NCBI GenBank assembly: GCA_040954595.2
Contig: CM082576.2
Coordinates: 1-64,000, forward strand
Origin: Balanoglossus misakiensis
Lineage: Eukaryota; Animalia; Hemichordata
Direction: 5' to 3'
DNA: 64,000 nucleotides
Below the pieces are notes generated by a model. That model was not told the origin of the DNA and did no database searches. It saw only the letters and a program-made list of their open reading frames with translations. Each line of letters opens with the position of its first letter. The first letter of the stretch is position 1. Made by a program: the position numbers and the translations under genes. Of this stretch, positions 1 through 12,100 are shown in pieces.

Positions 1-2596
1 GGACCACACATTCTGGTCGGTTTTCACAGTGGGTCGGTTTACTCAGAGTGGGCGTGGCTTCCCCCCAAATCCATGAACCCTTTGACCCCGATCTCATACA
101 CACAGTGCACAGCAGACACACGCACGATATACACGTTTGTACATTTGTATTTCAGGTTTATTTCAAATAAAAGGTACATGTAATTAAAAAAAACTTCTGT
201 ACAGCTTAATTTCTGAACATTGTTGAAAATAAAAAAAGGAAATTCAAGTTTGTTTGCGGGCTGAGTGGATTAACAGGAAGACGTATCGCATCGGCAAAAT
301 GTCGGACAATTGATTTCCTGGAAACTACAAATGTACTGATAAGTAGTCGTGAAGAACATCCAGTCTATTTTTTCTTTAGAAAACTGTCAAGGGATGATTG
401 TTTTAGGGAACATCGCTTCTGCACAATGTGGCGTTCGGTCATCGACGTCAAATCCTGAATTTCGGTGAGATAGCGAGTGTCTCTGTTCACAGCAAAATTC
501 TGCAACTTCCGCAGCATAACAAGGACTTCGCCGTAGGTTAACTGCGAACCGTCATCTGGGTCGATGTTTTCAGTGTTGTCATTCTGTTGTCCATCTTCTT
601 CGTCTTCCTTTTCTTCTGCTTCTCTGCTTTCCCCTTCTTTGTTGGCCAGGCAGTTCTGTAGGATCTGTTCCTCCCATTCCCCGTCATACGTTGCTTCAGT
701 TGGCAATTCGTCATCAAAGTTCACGTACTGGTCAACGGTACACTGTTCACTGCAATCGGCATTTACTTCTCGGATGAGTGTTCCTAGTTCATTTTCTTCT
801 TCTGGTTCTTCGTTGATATCGGACTCTTCAGCGTCGACTTTGAAGCCGCCTTTCCGGAAACACTTTCTGATCGTCTCTTCTTTGGTCTCTCTCCATGCAC
901 CGCTGATCCAATACACCGCGTCGAGTACACTGACGGACTTCGCTACTTCGCTAGCATTCGATGCGTTGTCAATCTTTGCCAATACTGAACGAAGAAGTCG
1001 CCTTCTGTAACGAGCTTTGAAAGCGCGAATTGCCCCTTGATCCAGTGGTTGTAGGACGGATGTGGTATTGGCCGGAAAAAACTTGATTGTGACGTGGGAA
1101 AGGTTGATATTCCTGTGACAGGTCGCGTTATCGAGAAAGAGCAAAATCTTGCGACGTTGTCGGCGCATTTGAGCGTTGACCTCGCGGATGTACTCGTTGA
1201 ACAGGTCACCGGTCATCCATGCTTTCTTGTTTGAGTTCCAATACACGGGGAGGGCACTCACATCAATGTTCTTAAAACATCGGGGCTTTGCAGATTTTCC
1301 AATGACGAACGGTTTCAATTTTTCGCCAGTCATACTGCAGGTGAATAGCACCGTCAGTCTCTCTTTTGAAACCTTGCCGCCTTTACACTCGTCTGCCTTT
1401 GCTGCTAAAGTTCTGTCTGGTAAGGCTCGGTAAAAAACACCAGTTTCGTCGGCATTAAAAATGTTCTCTGGGCTATACCCCTCGCACATTTCACCAACGC
1501 GGCTCTTGAAGTCCTCCACTACGGTCAAATTGACATCAGCGCTTTCTCCGCTGACTTTGAAAGCTTTCACTGCGTACCGACTTTTCCAACTCTCAAGCCA
1601 CCCATTTGACGCTTTGAAATCTTCAACTCCGAGGCTACTTGCGAAGGAAAGGGCCTTTTCCTGAAGCAAAGGGCCAGATAGGGGAATGTTTTTAGCCCGT
1701 GCCTGTTGAAACCATGTCCACAGAACGTTGTTGATTTCTTCAAACCTCGACGACGTGTTGAAACGCTGTCGAGAACCATTGGCATTTTCTTCGTACTGGC
1801 GCAAGTAGTCGGTCTTTTTTTTAATGATGTCGGTTGCCGTGGTTTTGCCGATGCCAAACTTCTGACCGAGTTGCTGGCGTGTAAGATTGGTGGACTCTGC
1901 TTCTTTGATAAGTTTAACCTTATCAGCGAGACTGAGTTCTGTTCTGCGACGCTTCGGAGGTGGACAACTCATGGTGATCAGACGTAGTGTGGCGTAATCG
2001 TAATGAAGTTTTCTACAGTGCTGCGGCGATTGCTGTCAAATGCAGAATGGCAAGCATTTCGAAATTTGCCCCTTTTTATCTTGGACTCTTGTTTTACTGT
2101 CATAATTAATATTCACCGATAATAACAACTCGGAAGATTTATCAATTGCCACCCTTTTCATCACGACCTGCAGTACTGTTTGACAAATCACCGCCCTTGT
2201 CAACACTGCGTGGCCGCACTGTTGGTTGTATTGTTTACAAAGAGATTCACACCTCGCCACGGGGTGGCTTATCAGTAAATTGCTAACGAAGTGTTGACAA
2301 ACCGTCGTCTTGACTATTGTTCGGAAGACAGGAAAACCAAAATTAGCACATCGTTGCGGTAATTTTTGATCAAAGACATGATGTCAACCTTTTCAATGAA
2401 GTGATCGGTCGGTCTATTCAGGTTGAATTTGAGGGGTGGGACCGACCAACGCGGTCGGTGTTCGAAGTAGACAGTGATCGGTTTACAAAGGTGTTTTTAC
2501 AACAGATGTCTATGTGGAATATTCGGGGATATCGTAGTCGGTCGGTTTTGACAGGAGGTCGGTTTATTCAGAGGTCGGTTTTGCCAGGTTTCACTG
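1..2596 (-). mobile_element. Tigger/pogo DNA transposon; right end at 2596, other end outside the window
   Basis: The end reads CAGTGAAACCTGGCAAAACCGACC on the - strand (pogo/Tigger-type CAGT terminus). Repeated GGTCGGTTT subterminal motifs at about 2540-2581 and 15-40 bracket the transposase ORF. Confidence 0.8.
365..1972 (-). CDS. pogo/Tigger-family transposase (CENP-B-like HTH + Tc5 HTH + DDE_1), 535 aa, uninterrupted
   Basis: N-terminal PPKRRR NLS and LSLADKVKLI HTH; WFQQARAKNIPLSGPLLQEKA...FKASNGWLESWKSRY second HTH; catalytic motifs FNADETG, LFLDNA and QPLDQG with 29 residues between the 2nd and 3rd Asp; acidic tail; C-terminal KQSSLDSFL PIP-box-like motif. Single exon; AATAAA on the - strand at 157-162. 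Confidence 0.95.
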   Translation of the reverse strand: MSCPPPKRRRTELSLADKVKLIKEAESTNLTRQQLGQKFGIGKTTATDIIKKKTDYLRQYEENANGSRQRFNTSSRFEEINNVLWTWFQQARAKNIPLSGPLLQEKALSFASSLGVEDFKASNGWLESWKSRYAVKAFKVSGESADVNLTVVEDFKSRVGEMCEGYSPENIFNADETGVFYRALPDRTLAAKADECKGGKVSKERLTVLFTCSMTGEKLKPFVIGKSAKPRCFKNIDVSALPVYWNSNKKAWMTGDLFNEYIREVNAQMRRQRRKILLFLDNATCHRNINLSHVTIKFFPANTTSVLQPLDQGAIRAFKARYRRRLLRSVLAKIDNASNASEVAKSVSVLDAVYWISGAWRETKEETIRKCFRKGGFKVDAEESDINEEPEEENELGTLIREVNADCSEQCTVDQYVNFDDELPTEATYDGEWEEQILQNCLANKEGESREAEEKEDEEDGQQNDNTENIDPDDGSQLTYGEVLVMLRKLQNFAVNRDTRYLTEIQDLTSMTERHIVQKRCSLKQSSLDSFLKKK

Positions 2597-2735
2597 CCAT
2601 GCTGTTTCGATTTTGGCGTGGAGAGCGTCTTAGTGTGTGTTACAATACCTGGCAATGTTCTGTGCAGTCGAGTCCGTTGGTTTCTTCTGATCACTACTTC
2701 AGCGAAGGTTTCTAGTTGACGGCTAAAGTCACCTT

Positions 2736-2746
2736 TCCTAACACCA
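2736..2746 (-). other. Primer-binding site (TGGTGTTAGGA), tRNA-Leu-like
   Basis: Abuts the LTR CA end and starts with TGG (complement of tRNA CCA). One mismatch to TGGTGTCAGGA, the complement of the tRNA-Leu 3' end as I recall it. Confidence 0.65.
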
Positions 2747-2970
2747 TGTTATGTTATTGACTATTATTATTCCAGAGACCGTGGGGTGGATCGATGACCA
2801 GGACTGACTAACGCAACACTTATTCAGGGTAGATGTGCGCGACTGTGCCTACAGTCCGCCATTAACAACAGCAAGAGAGAGAAGTAACAGCAGGGTTACA
2901 TGCACTAGAAATCAGGGGGCGAGCGAGGGCGCTATAGCAAGGATAGCTGTCACAAGGTGATAACACAACA
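2747..2970 (-). mobile_element. 224-bp long terminal repeat (LTR) of a Gypsy-like retrotransposon
   Basis: TG...CA termini with an 11-bp imperfect inverted repeat (TGTTATGTTAT at 2747 vs ATAACACAACA ending at 2970; 10/11). On the - strand it is immediately preceded by a polypurine tract and immediately followed by a TGG-starting primer-binding site. Confidence 0.8.
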
Positions 2971-2981
2971 TCCCCCTTTTT
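2971..2981 (-). other. Polypurine tract (AAAAAGGGGGA)
   Basis: + strand TCCCCCTTTTT directly adjacent to the LTR end. Confidence 0.75.
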
Positions 2982-3095
2982 AAGAAAAAGTGATAGAACA
3001 CAGTTTGGCAAAATCTGAATTTGTGAATGTCAATAACAATGTTTTTCAATAAATGAACTCATAACTGAAGTGTCACTGATTGAGCTCATGAGAGT

Positions 3096-3143
3096 TCACA
3101 AGTCTAGGCGCTCTGGTTTCCTTATCTTACGCTGGGAACGGCG
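3096..3143 (-). pseudogene. Extreme C-terminus of a Gypsy-type pol/integrase (RRSQRKIRKPERLDL*)
   Basis: Matches the RRSxRxxxxPxRLDL* ending common in Ty3/Gypsy pol proteins. It sits about 115 bp upstream of the PPT-LTR in the correct orientation. Further upstream the sequence is satellite. Confidence 0.65.
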
Positions 3144-6100
3144 ACTTCCAGTCGTAACAGCGCGGTGAATCCGGGACAAGTTGCCGGCGACCTCCTGTCG
3201 TAACGGCGCGGTGCATCTGGGCCAAGTTGCCGGCGACTTCTTGTGAATCCGGGCCAAATTGCGGCGACTTCCGGTCGTAACAGAGCGGAGAATCCCGGCC
3301 AAGTTGCCGGCGACTTCCGGTCGTAACAGCGCGGTGAATCTGGGCCAAGTTGCAGGCGACTTCCTGTGAATCCGGGCCAAGTTGCGGCGACTTCCGGTCG
3401 TAACGGCGCTGTGAATCCGGGCCAAGTTGCGGCGACTTCCGGTCATAACGGCGCGGTGAATCTGGGCCAAGTTGCCGCGACTTCCGGTCGTAACGGCGTG
3501 GTGAACCCGGGCCAAGTTGCCGGCGACTTCAGGTCGTAACGGCGCGGTGAATCCGGGCTAAGTTGCCGGCGACTTCCGGTCGTAACGGCGCGGTGAATCT
3601 GGGCCAAGTTGCCGGCGACCTCCGGTCGTAATGGCGTGGTGAATCCGGGCCAAGTTGCCGGCGACTTCCTGTCGTAACGGCGCGGTGAATCTGGGCCAAG
3701 TTGCCGGCGACTTACTGTGGTAACGGCGCGGTGAATCTGGGCCAAGTTTATGGCGACTTCCGGTCGTAACGGCGCGGTGAATCCGGGCCAAGTTGCGGCG
3801 ACTTCCGGTCGTAACGGCGCAGTGAATCCGGGCGAAGTTGCTGGCGACTTCCGGTCGTAACGGCGCGGTGAATCTGGGCCAAGTTGCCGGCGACTTCCGG
3901 TCGTAATGGCGTGGTGAATCTGGGCCAAGTTGCCGGCGACTTCCGGTCGTAACGGTGCAAGAATCTGGGCCAAGTTGCCGGAGACTTCCTGTGAATCCGG
4001 GCCAAGTTGCGGCGACTTCCGGTCGTAACGGCGCGGTGAATCTGGGCCAAGTTGCCGGTGACTTCCGGTGGTAACGGCGTGGTGAATCTGGGCCAAGTTG
4101 CCGGCGACTACCGGTGATAACGACGCGGTGAATCTGGGCCGAGTTGCCGGCGACTTCCTGTCGTAACGGCGCGGTGAATCCGGGACAAGTTGCCGGCGAC
4201 CTCCTGTCGTAACGGCGCGGTGCATCTGGGCCAAGTTGCCGGCGACTTCTTGTGAATCCGGGCCAAGTTGCGGCGACTTCCGGTCGTAACAGAGCGGACA
4301 ATCCCGGCCAAGTTGCCGGCGACTTCCGGTCGTAACAGCGCGGTGAATCTGGGCCAAGTTGCAGGCGACTTCCTGTGAATCCGGGCCAAGTTGCGGCGAC
4401 TTCCGGTCGTAACGGCGCGGTGAATCCGGGCCAAGTTGCGGCGACTTCCGGTCATAACGGCGCGGTGAATCTGGGCCAAGTTGCCGCGACTTCCGGTCGT
4501 AACGGCGTGGTGAACCCGGGCCAAGTTGCCGGCGACTTCAGGTCGTAACGGCGCGGTGAATCCGGGCTAAGTTGCCGGCGACTTCCGGTCGTAACGGCGC
4601 GGTGAATCTGGGCCAAGCTGCCGGCGACCTCCGGTCGTAATGGCGTGGTGAATCCGGGCCAAGTTGCCGGCGACTTCCTGTCGTAACGGTGCGGTGAATC
4701 TGGGCCAAGTTGCCGGCGACTTCCGGTCGTAACGGCGCGGTGAATCCGGGCGAAGTTGCTGGCGACTTCCGGTCGTAACGGCGCGGTGAATCTGGGCCAA
4801 GTTGCCGGCGAATTCCGGTCGTAATGGCGTGGTGAATCTGGGCCAAGTTGCCGGCGACTTCCTGTGGTAACGGCGCGGTGAATCTGGGCCAAGTTGATGG
4901 CGACTTCCTGTGAATCCGGGCTAAGTTGCGGCGACTTCCGGTCGTAACGGCGCCGTGAATCCGGACCAAGTTGCCGGCGACTTCCGGTCGGAACGGCGCA
5001 GTGAATCCGGGCCAAGTTGCGGCGACTTCCGGTCGTAACGGCGCGGTGAATCCGGGCCAAGTTGCCGGCGACTTCCGGTCGTAACGGCACGGTGAATCTT
5101 GGCAAAGTTGCCGGCAACTTCCGGTGGTAACGGCGCGGTGATTCTGGGCCAAGTTGCCGGCGACTTCCGGTGGTAACGGCGCGGTGAATCTGGGCCAAGT
5201 TGCCGGCGACTTCCGGTCGTAACGGCGCAAGAATCTTGGCCAAGTTGCCGGAGACTTCCTGTGAATCCGGGCCAAGTTGCGGCGACTTCCGGTCGTAACG
5301 GCGCGGTGAATCTGGGCCAAGTTGCCGGTGACTTCCGGTGGTAACGGCGTGGTGAATTTGGGCCAAGTTGCCGGCGACTACCGGTGATAACGACGCGGTG
5401 AATCTGGGCCGAGTTGCCGGCGACTTCCTGTCGTAACGGCGCGGTGAATCCGGGCCAAGTTGCCGGCGACTTCCGGTGGTAACGGCGCGGTGAATCTGGG
5501 CCAAGTTGATGGCGACTTCCTGTGAATCCGGGCCAAGTTGCGGCGACTTCCGGTCGTAACGGCGCGGTGAATCTGGGCCAAGTTGCCGGCGACTTCCGGT
5601 GGTAACGGCGCTGTGAATCTGGGCCAAGTTGCCGGCGACTTCCGGTGGTAACGGCGCGGTGAATCTGGGCCAAGTTGCCGGCGATTTCCTGTGGTAACGG
5701 CGCGGTGAATCTGGGCTAAGTTGATGGCGACTTCCTGTGAATCCGGGCCAAGTTGCCAGCGACTTCCGGTGGTAACGGCGAGGTGAAACTGGGCCAAGTT
5801 GCCGGCGACTTCCTGTCGTAACGGCGCGGTGAATCCGGGCCAAGTTGCCGGCGACTTCCGGTGGTAACGGCGCGGTGATTCTGGGCCAAGTTGCCGGTGA
5901 CTTCCGGTGGTAACGGCGCGGTGAATCTGGGCCAAGTTGCCGGCGACTTCCGGTCGTACCGGCGCAAGAATCTGGGCCAAGTTGCCGGAGACTTCCTGTG
6001 AATCCGGGCCAAGTTGCGGCGACTTCCGGTGGTAACGGCGCGGTGAATCTGGGCCAAGTTGCCGGCGACTTCCGGTGGTAACGGCGCGGTGAATCTGGGC

Positions 6101-9100
6101 CAAGTTGCCGGCGACTTCCGGTGGTAACGGCGCGGCGAATATGGGCCAAGTTGCCGGCGACTTCCGGTGGTAACGGCGCGCTGAATCTGGGCCAAGTTGC
6201 CGGCGATTTCCTGTGGTAACGGCGCGGTGAATCTGGGCCAAGTTGCCGGAGACTTCCTGTGAATCCGGGCCAAGTTGCGGCGACTTCCGGTGGTAACGGC
6301 GAGGTGAAACTGGGCCAAGTTGCTGGCGACTTCCTGTCGTAATGGCGCAGTGAATCTGGGCAAAGTTGCCGGCGACTTCCTGTCGTAACGGCGCGGTGAA
6401 TCCGGGCCAAGTTGCCGGCGACTTCCGGTGTTAACGGCGCGGTGAATCTGGGCAAAGTTGATGGCGACTTCCTGTGAATCCGGGCCAAGTTGAGGCGACT
6501 TCCGGTCGTAACGGCGCGGTGAATCCGGGCCAAGTTGCCGGCGACTTCCGGTGGTAACGGCGCGGTGAATCTGGGCCAAGTTGCCGGCGATTTTCTGTGG
6601 TAACGGCGCGGTGAATCTGGGCTAAGTTGATGGCGACTTCCTGTGAATCCGGGCCAAGTTGCCGGCGACTTCCGGTGGTAACGGCGAGGTGAAACTGGGC
6701 CAAGTTGCCGGCGACTTCCTGTCGTAATGGCGCAGTGAATCTGGGCAAAGTTGCCGGCGACTTCCTGTCATAACGGCGCGGTGAATCTGGGCCAAGTTGC
6801 CGGTGACTTCCGGTGGTAACGGCGTGGTGAATTTGGGCCAAGTTGCCGGCGACTACCGGTGATAACGACGCGGTGAATCTGGGCCGAGTTGCCGGCGACT
6901 TCCTGTCGTAACGGCGCGGTGAATCCGGGCCAAGTTGCCGGCGACTTCCGGTGGTAACGGCGCGGTGAATCTGGGCCAAGTTGATGGCGACTTCCTGTGA
7001 ATCCGGGCCAAGTTGCGGCGACTTCCGGTCGTAACGGCGCGGTGAATCTGGGCCAAGTTGCCGGCGACTTCCGGTGGTAACGGCGCTGTGAATCTGGGCC
7101 AAGTTGCCGGCGACTTCCGGTGGTAACGGCGCGGTGAATCTGGGCCAAGTTGCCGGCGATTTCCTGTGGTAACGGCGCGGTGAATCTTGGCTAAGTTGAT
7201 GGCGACTTCCTGTGAATCCGGGCCAAGTTGCCAGCGACTTCCGGTGGTAACGGCGAGGTGAAACTGGGCCAAGTTGCCGGCGACTTCCTGTCGTAACGGC
7301 GCGGTGAATCCGGGCCAAGTTGCCGGCGACTTCCGGTGGTAACGGCGCGGTGATTCTGGGCCAAGTTGCCGGTGACTTCCGGTGGTAACGGCGCGGTGAA
7401 TCTGGGCCAAGTTGCCGGCGACTTCCGGTCGTACCGGAGAAAGAATCTGGGCCAAGTTGCCGGAGACTTCCTGTGAATCCGGGCCAAGTTGCGGCGACTT
7501 CCGGTGGTAACGGCGCGGCGAATATGGGCCAAGTTGCCGGCGACTTCCGGTGGTAACGGCGCGCTGAATCTGGGCCAAGTTGCCGGCGATTTCCTGTGGT
7601 AACGGCGCGGTGCATCAGGGCCAAGTTGCCGGAGACTTCCTGTGAATCCGGGCCAAGTTGCGGCGACTTCCGGTGGTAACGGCGAGGTGAAACTGGGCCA
7701 AGTTGCTGGCGACTTCCTGTCGTAATGGCGCAGTGAATCTGGGCAAAGTTGCCGGCGACTTCCTGTCGTAACGGCGCGGTGAATCCGGGCCAAGTTGCCG
7801 GCGACTTCCGGTGTTAACGGCGCGGTGAATCTGGGCAAAGTTGATGGCGACTTCCTGTGAATCCGGGCCAAGTTGCGGCGACTTCCGGTCGTAACGGCGC
7901 GGTGAATCCGGGCCAAGTTGCCGGCGACTTCCGGTGGTAACGGCGCGGTGAATCTGGGCCAAGTTGCCGGCGATTTTCTGTGGTAACGGCGCGGTGAATC
8001 TGGGCTAAGTTGATGGCGACTTCCTGTGAATCCGGGCCAAGTTGCCGGCGACTTCCGGTGGTAACGGCGAGGTGAAACTGGGCCAAGTTGCCGGCGACTT
8101 CCTGTCGTAATGGCGCATTGAATCTGGGCAAAGTTGCCGGCGACTTCCTGTAGTAACGGCGCGGTGAATCTGGGCCAAGTTGCCGGCGACTTCCGGTGGT
8201 AACGGCGCGGTGAATCTGGGCCAAGTTGTCGGCGACTTCCGGTCGTAATGGCGCAAGAATCTGGGCCAAGTTGCCGGAGACTTCCTGTGAATCCGGGCCA
8301 AGTTGCGGCGACATCCGGTCGTAACGGCGCGGTGAATCTGGGCCAAGTTGCCGGCGACTTCCGGTGAATCCGGGCCAAGTTGCCGGCGACTTCCGGTGGT
8401 AACGGCGCGGTGATTCTGGGCCAAGTTGCCGGCGACTTCCGGTGGTAACGGCGCGGTGAATCTGGGCCAAGTTGTCGGCGACTTCCGGTCATAACGGCGC
8501 AAGAATCTGGGCCAAGTTGCCGGAGACTTCCTGTGAATCCGGGCCAAGTTGCGGCGACTTCCGGTGGTAACGGCGAGGTGAAACTGGGCCAAGTTGCCGG
8601 CGACTTCCTGTCGTAATGGCGCAATGAATCTGGGCAAAGTTGCCGGCGACTTCCTGTCGTAACGGCGCGGTGAATCCGGGCCAAGTTGCCGGCGACTTCC
8701 GGTGGTAACGGCGCGGTGATTCTGGGCCAAGTTGCCGGCGACTTCCGGTGGTAACGGCGCGCTGAATCTGGGACAAGTTGCCGGCGACTTCCGGTGTTAA
8801 CGGCGTGGTGAATCTGGGCAAAGTTGATGGCGACTTCCTGTGAATCCGGGCCAAGTTGCGGCGACTTCCGGTCGTAACGGCGCGGTGAATCCGGGCCAAG
8901 TTGCCGGCGACTTCCGGTCGTAACGGCGCGGTGAATCTGGGCCAAGTTGATGGCGACTTCCTGTGAATCCGGGCCAAGTTGCCGGCGACTTCCGGTGGTA
9001 ACGGCGAGGTGAAACTGGGCCAAGTTGCCGGCGACTTCCTGTCGTAATGGCGCAGTGAATCTGGGCAAAGTTGCCGGCGACTTCCTGTCATAACGGCGCG

Positions 9101-12100
9101 GTGAATCTGGGCCAAGTTGCCGGCGACTTCCGGTGGTAACGGCGCGGTGAATCTGGGCCAAGTTGTCGGCGACTTCCGGTCGTAATGGCGCAAGAATCTG
9201 GGCCAAGTTGCCGGAGACTTCCTGTGAATCCGGGCCAAGTTGCGGCGACTTCCGGTCGTAACGGCGCGGTGAATCTGGGCCAAGTTGCCGGCGACTTCCG
9301 ATGGTAACGGCGCGGTGAATCTGGGCCAAGTTGCCGGCGATTTCCTGTGGTAACGGCGCGGTGAATCTGGGCCAAGTTGCCGGCGACTTCCGGTGAATCC
9401 GGGCCAAGTTGCCGGCGACTTCCGGTGGTAACGGCGCGGTGATTCTGGGCCAAGTTGCCGGCGACTTCCGGTGGTAACGGCGCGGTGAATCTGGGCCAAG
9501 TTGTCGGCGACTTCCGGTCATAACGGCGCAAGAATCTGGGCCAAGTTGCCGGAGACTTCCTGTGAATCCGGGCCAAGTTGCGGCGACTTCCGGTGGTAAC
9601 GGCGAGGTGAAACTGGGCCAAGTTGCCGGCGACTTCCTGTCGTAATGGCGCAATGAATCTGGGCAAAGTTGCCGGCGACTTCCTGTCGTAACGGCGCGGT
9701 GAATCCGGGCCAAGTTGCCGGCGACTTCCGGTGGTAACGGCGCGGTGATTCTGGGCCAAGTTGCCGGCGACTTCCGGTGGTAACGGCGCGCTGAATCTGG
9801 GACAAGTTGCCGGCGACTTCCGGTGTTAACGGCGCGGTGAATCTGGGCAAAGTTGATGGCGACTTCCTGTGAATCCGGGCCAAGTTGCGGCGACTTCCGG
9901 TCGTAACGGCGCGGTGAATCCGGGCCAAGTTGCCGGCGACTTCCGGTCGTAACGGCGCGGTGAATCTGGGCCAAGTTGATGGCGACTTCCTGTGAATCCG
10001 GGCCAAGTTGCCGGCGACTTCCGGTGGTAACGGCGAGGTGAAACTGGGCCAAGTTGCCGGCGACTTCCTGTCGTAATGGCGCAGTGAATCTGGGCAAAGT
10101 TGCCGGCGACTTCCTGTCATAACGGCGCGGTGAATCTGGGCCAAGTTGCCGGCGACTTCCGGTGGTAACGGCGCGGTGAATCTGGGCCAAGTTGTCGGCG
10201 ACTTCCGGTCGTAATGGCGCAAGAATCTGGGCCAAGTTGCCGGAGACTTCCTGTGAATCCGGGCCAAGTTGCGGCGACTTCCGGTCGTAACGGCGCGGTG
10301 AATCTGGGCCAAGTTGCCGGCGACTTCCGATGGTAACGGCGCGGTGAATCTGGGCCAAGTTGCCGGCGATTTCCTGTGGTAACGGCGCGGTGAATCTGGG
10401 CTAAGTTGTTGGCGACTTCCTGTGAATCCGGGCCAAGTTGCCGGCGACTTCCGGTGGTAACGGCGCGGTGATTCTGGGCCAAGTTGCCGGCGACTTCCGG
10501 TGGTAACGGCGCGGTGAATCTGGGCCAAGTTGTCGGCGACTTCCGGTCATAACGGCGCAAGAATCTGGGCCAAGTTGCCGGAGACTTCCTGTGAATCCGG
10601 GCCAAGTTGCGGCGACTTCCGGTCGTAACGGCGCGGTAAATCTGGGCCAAGTTGCCGGCGACTTCCGGTGGTAACGGCGCGGTGAATCTGGGCCAAGTTG
10701 CCGGCGATTTCCTGTGGTAACGGCGCGGTGAATCTGGGCTAAGTTGATGGCGACTTCCTGTGAATCCGGGCCAAGTTGCCGGCGACTTCCGGTGGTAACG
10801 GCGAGGTGAAACTGGGCCAAGTTGCCGGCGACTTCCTGTCGTAATGGCGCAGTGAATCTGGGCAAAGTTGCCGGCGACTTCCTGTCGTAACGGCGCGGTG
10901 AATCCGGGCCAAGTTGCCGGCGACTTCCGGTGGTAACGGCGCGGTGATTCTGGGCCAAGTTGCCGGCGATTTCCTGTGGTAACGGCGCGGTGAATCTGGG
11001 CTAAGTTGATGGCGACTTCCTGTGAATCCGGGCCAAGTTGCCGGCGACTTCCGGTCGTAACGGCGCAAGAATCTGGGCCAAGTTGCCGGAGACTTCCTGT
11101 GAATCCGGGCCAAGTTGCGGCGACTTCCGGTCGTAACAGCACGGTGAATCTGGGCCAAGTTGCCGGCGACTTCCGGTGGTAACGGCGCGGTGAATCTGGG
11201 CCAAGTTGCCGGCGACTTCCGGTGGTAACGGCGCGGCGAATCTGGGCCAAGTTGCCGGCGACTTCCGGTGGTAACGGCGCGCTGAATCTGGGCCAAGTAG
11301 CCGGCGATTTCCTGTGGTAACGGCGCGGTGAATCTGGGCCAAGTTGCCGGAGACTTCCTGTGAATCCGGGCCAAGTTGCGGCGACTTCCGGTGGTAACGG
11401 CGAGGTGAAACTGGGCCAAGTTGCTGGCGACTTCCTGTCGTAATGGCGCAGTGAATCTGGGCAAAGTTGCCGGCGACTTCCTGTCGTAACGGCGCGAAGA
11501 ATCCGGGCCAAGTTGCCGGCGACTTCCGGTGTTAACGGCGCGGTGAATCTGGGCAAAGTTGATGGCGACTTCCTGTGAATTTGGGCCAAGTTGCGGCGAC
11601 TTCCGGTCGTAACGGCGCGGTGAATCCGGGCCAAGTTGCCGGCGACTTCCGGTCGTAACGGCGCGGTGAATCTGGGCCAAGTTGATGGCGACTTCCTGTG
11701 AATCCGGGCCAAGTTGCGGCGACTTCCGGTCGTAACGGCGCGGTGAATCCGGGCCAAGTTGCCGGCGACTTCCGGTGGTAACGGCGCGGTGAATCTGGGC
11801 CAAGTTGCCGGCGACTTCCGGAGGTAACGGCGCGGTGAATCTGGGCTAAGTTGATCGCGACTTCCTGTGAATCCGGGCCAAGTTGCCGGCGACTTCCGGT
11901 GGTAACGGCGAGGTGAAACTGGGCCAAGTTGCCGGCGACTTCCTGTCGTAATGGCTCAGTGAATCTGGGCAAAGTTGCCGGCGACTTCCTGTCGTAACGG
12001 CGCGGTGAATCTGGGCCAAGTTGCCGGCGACTTCCGGTGGTAACGGCGCGGTGAATCTGGGCCAAGTTGTCGGCGACTTCCGGTCGTAATGGCGCAAGAA

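Noticed and set aside
564-1987. + strand and alternative-frame ORFs overlapping the transposase
   Set aside because: Shadow ORFs of the transposase coding sequence.
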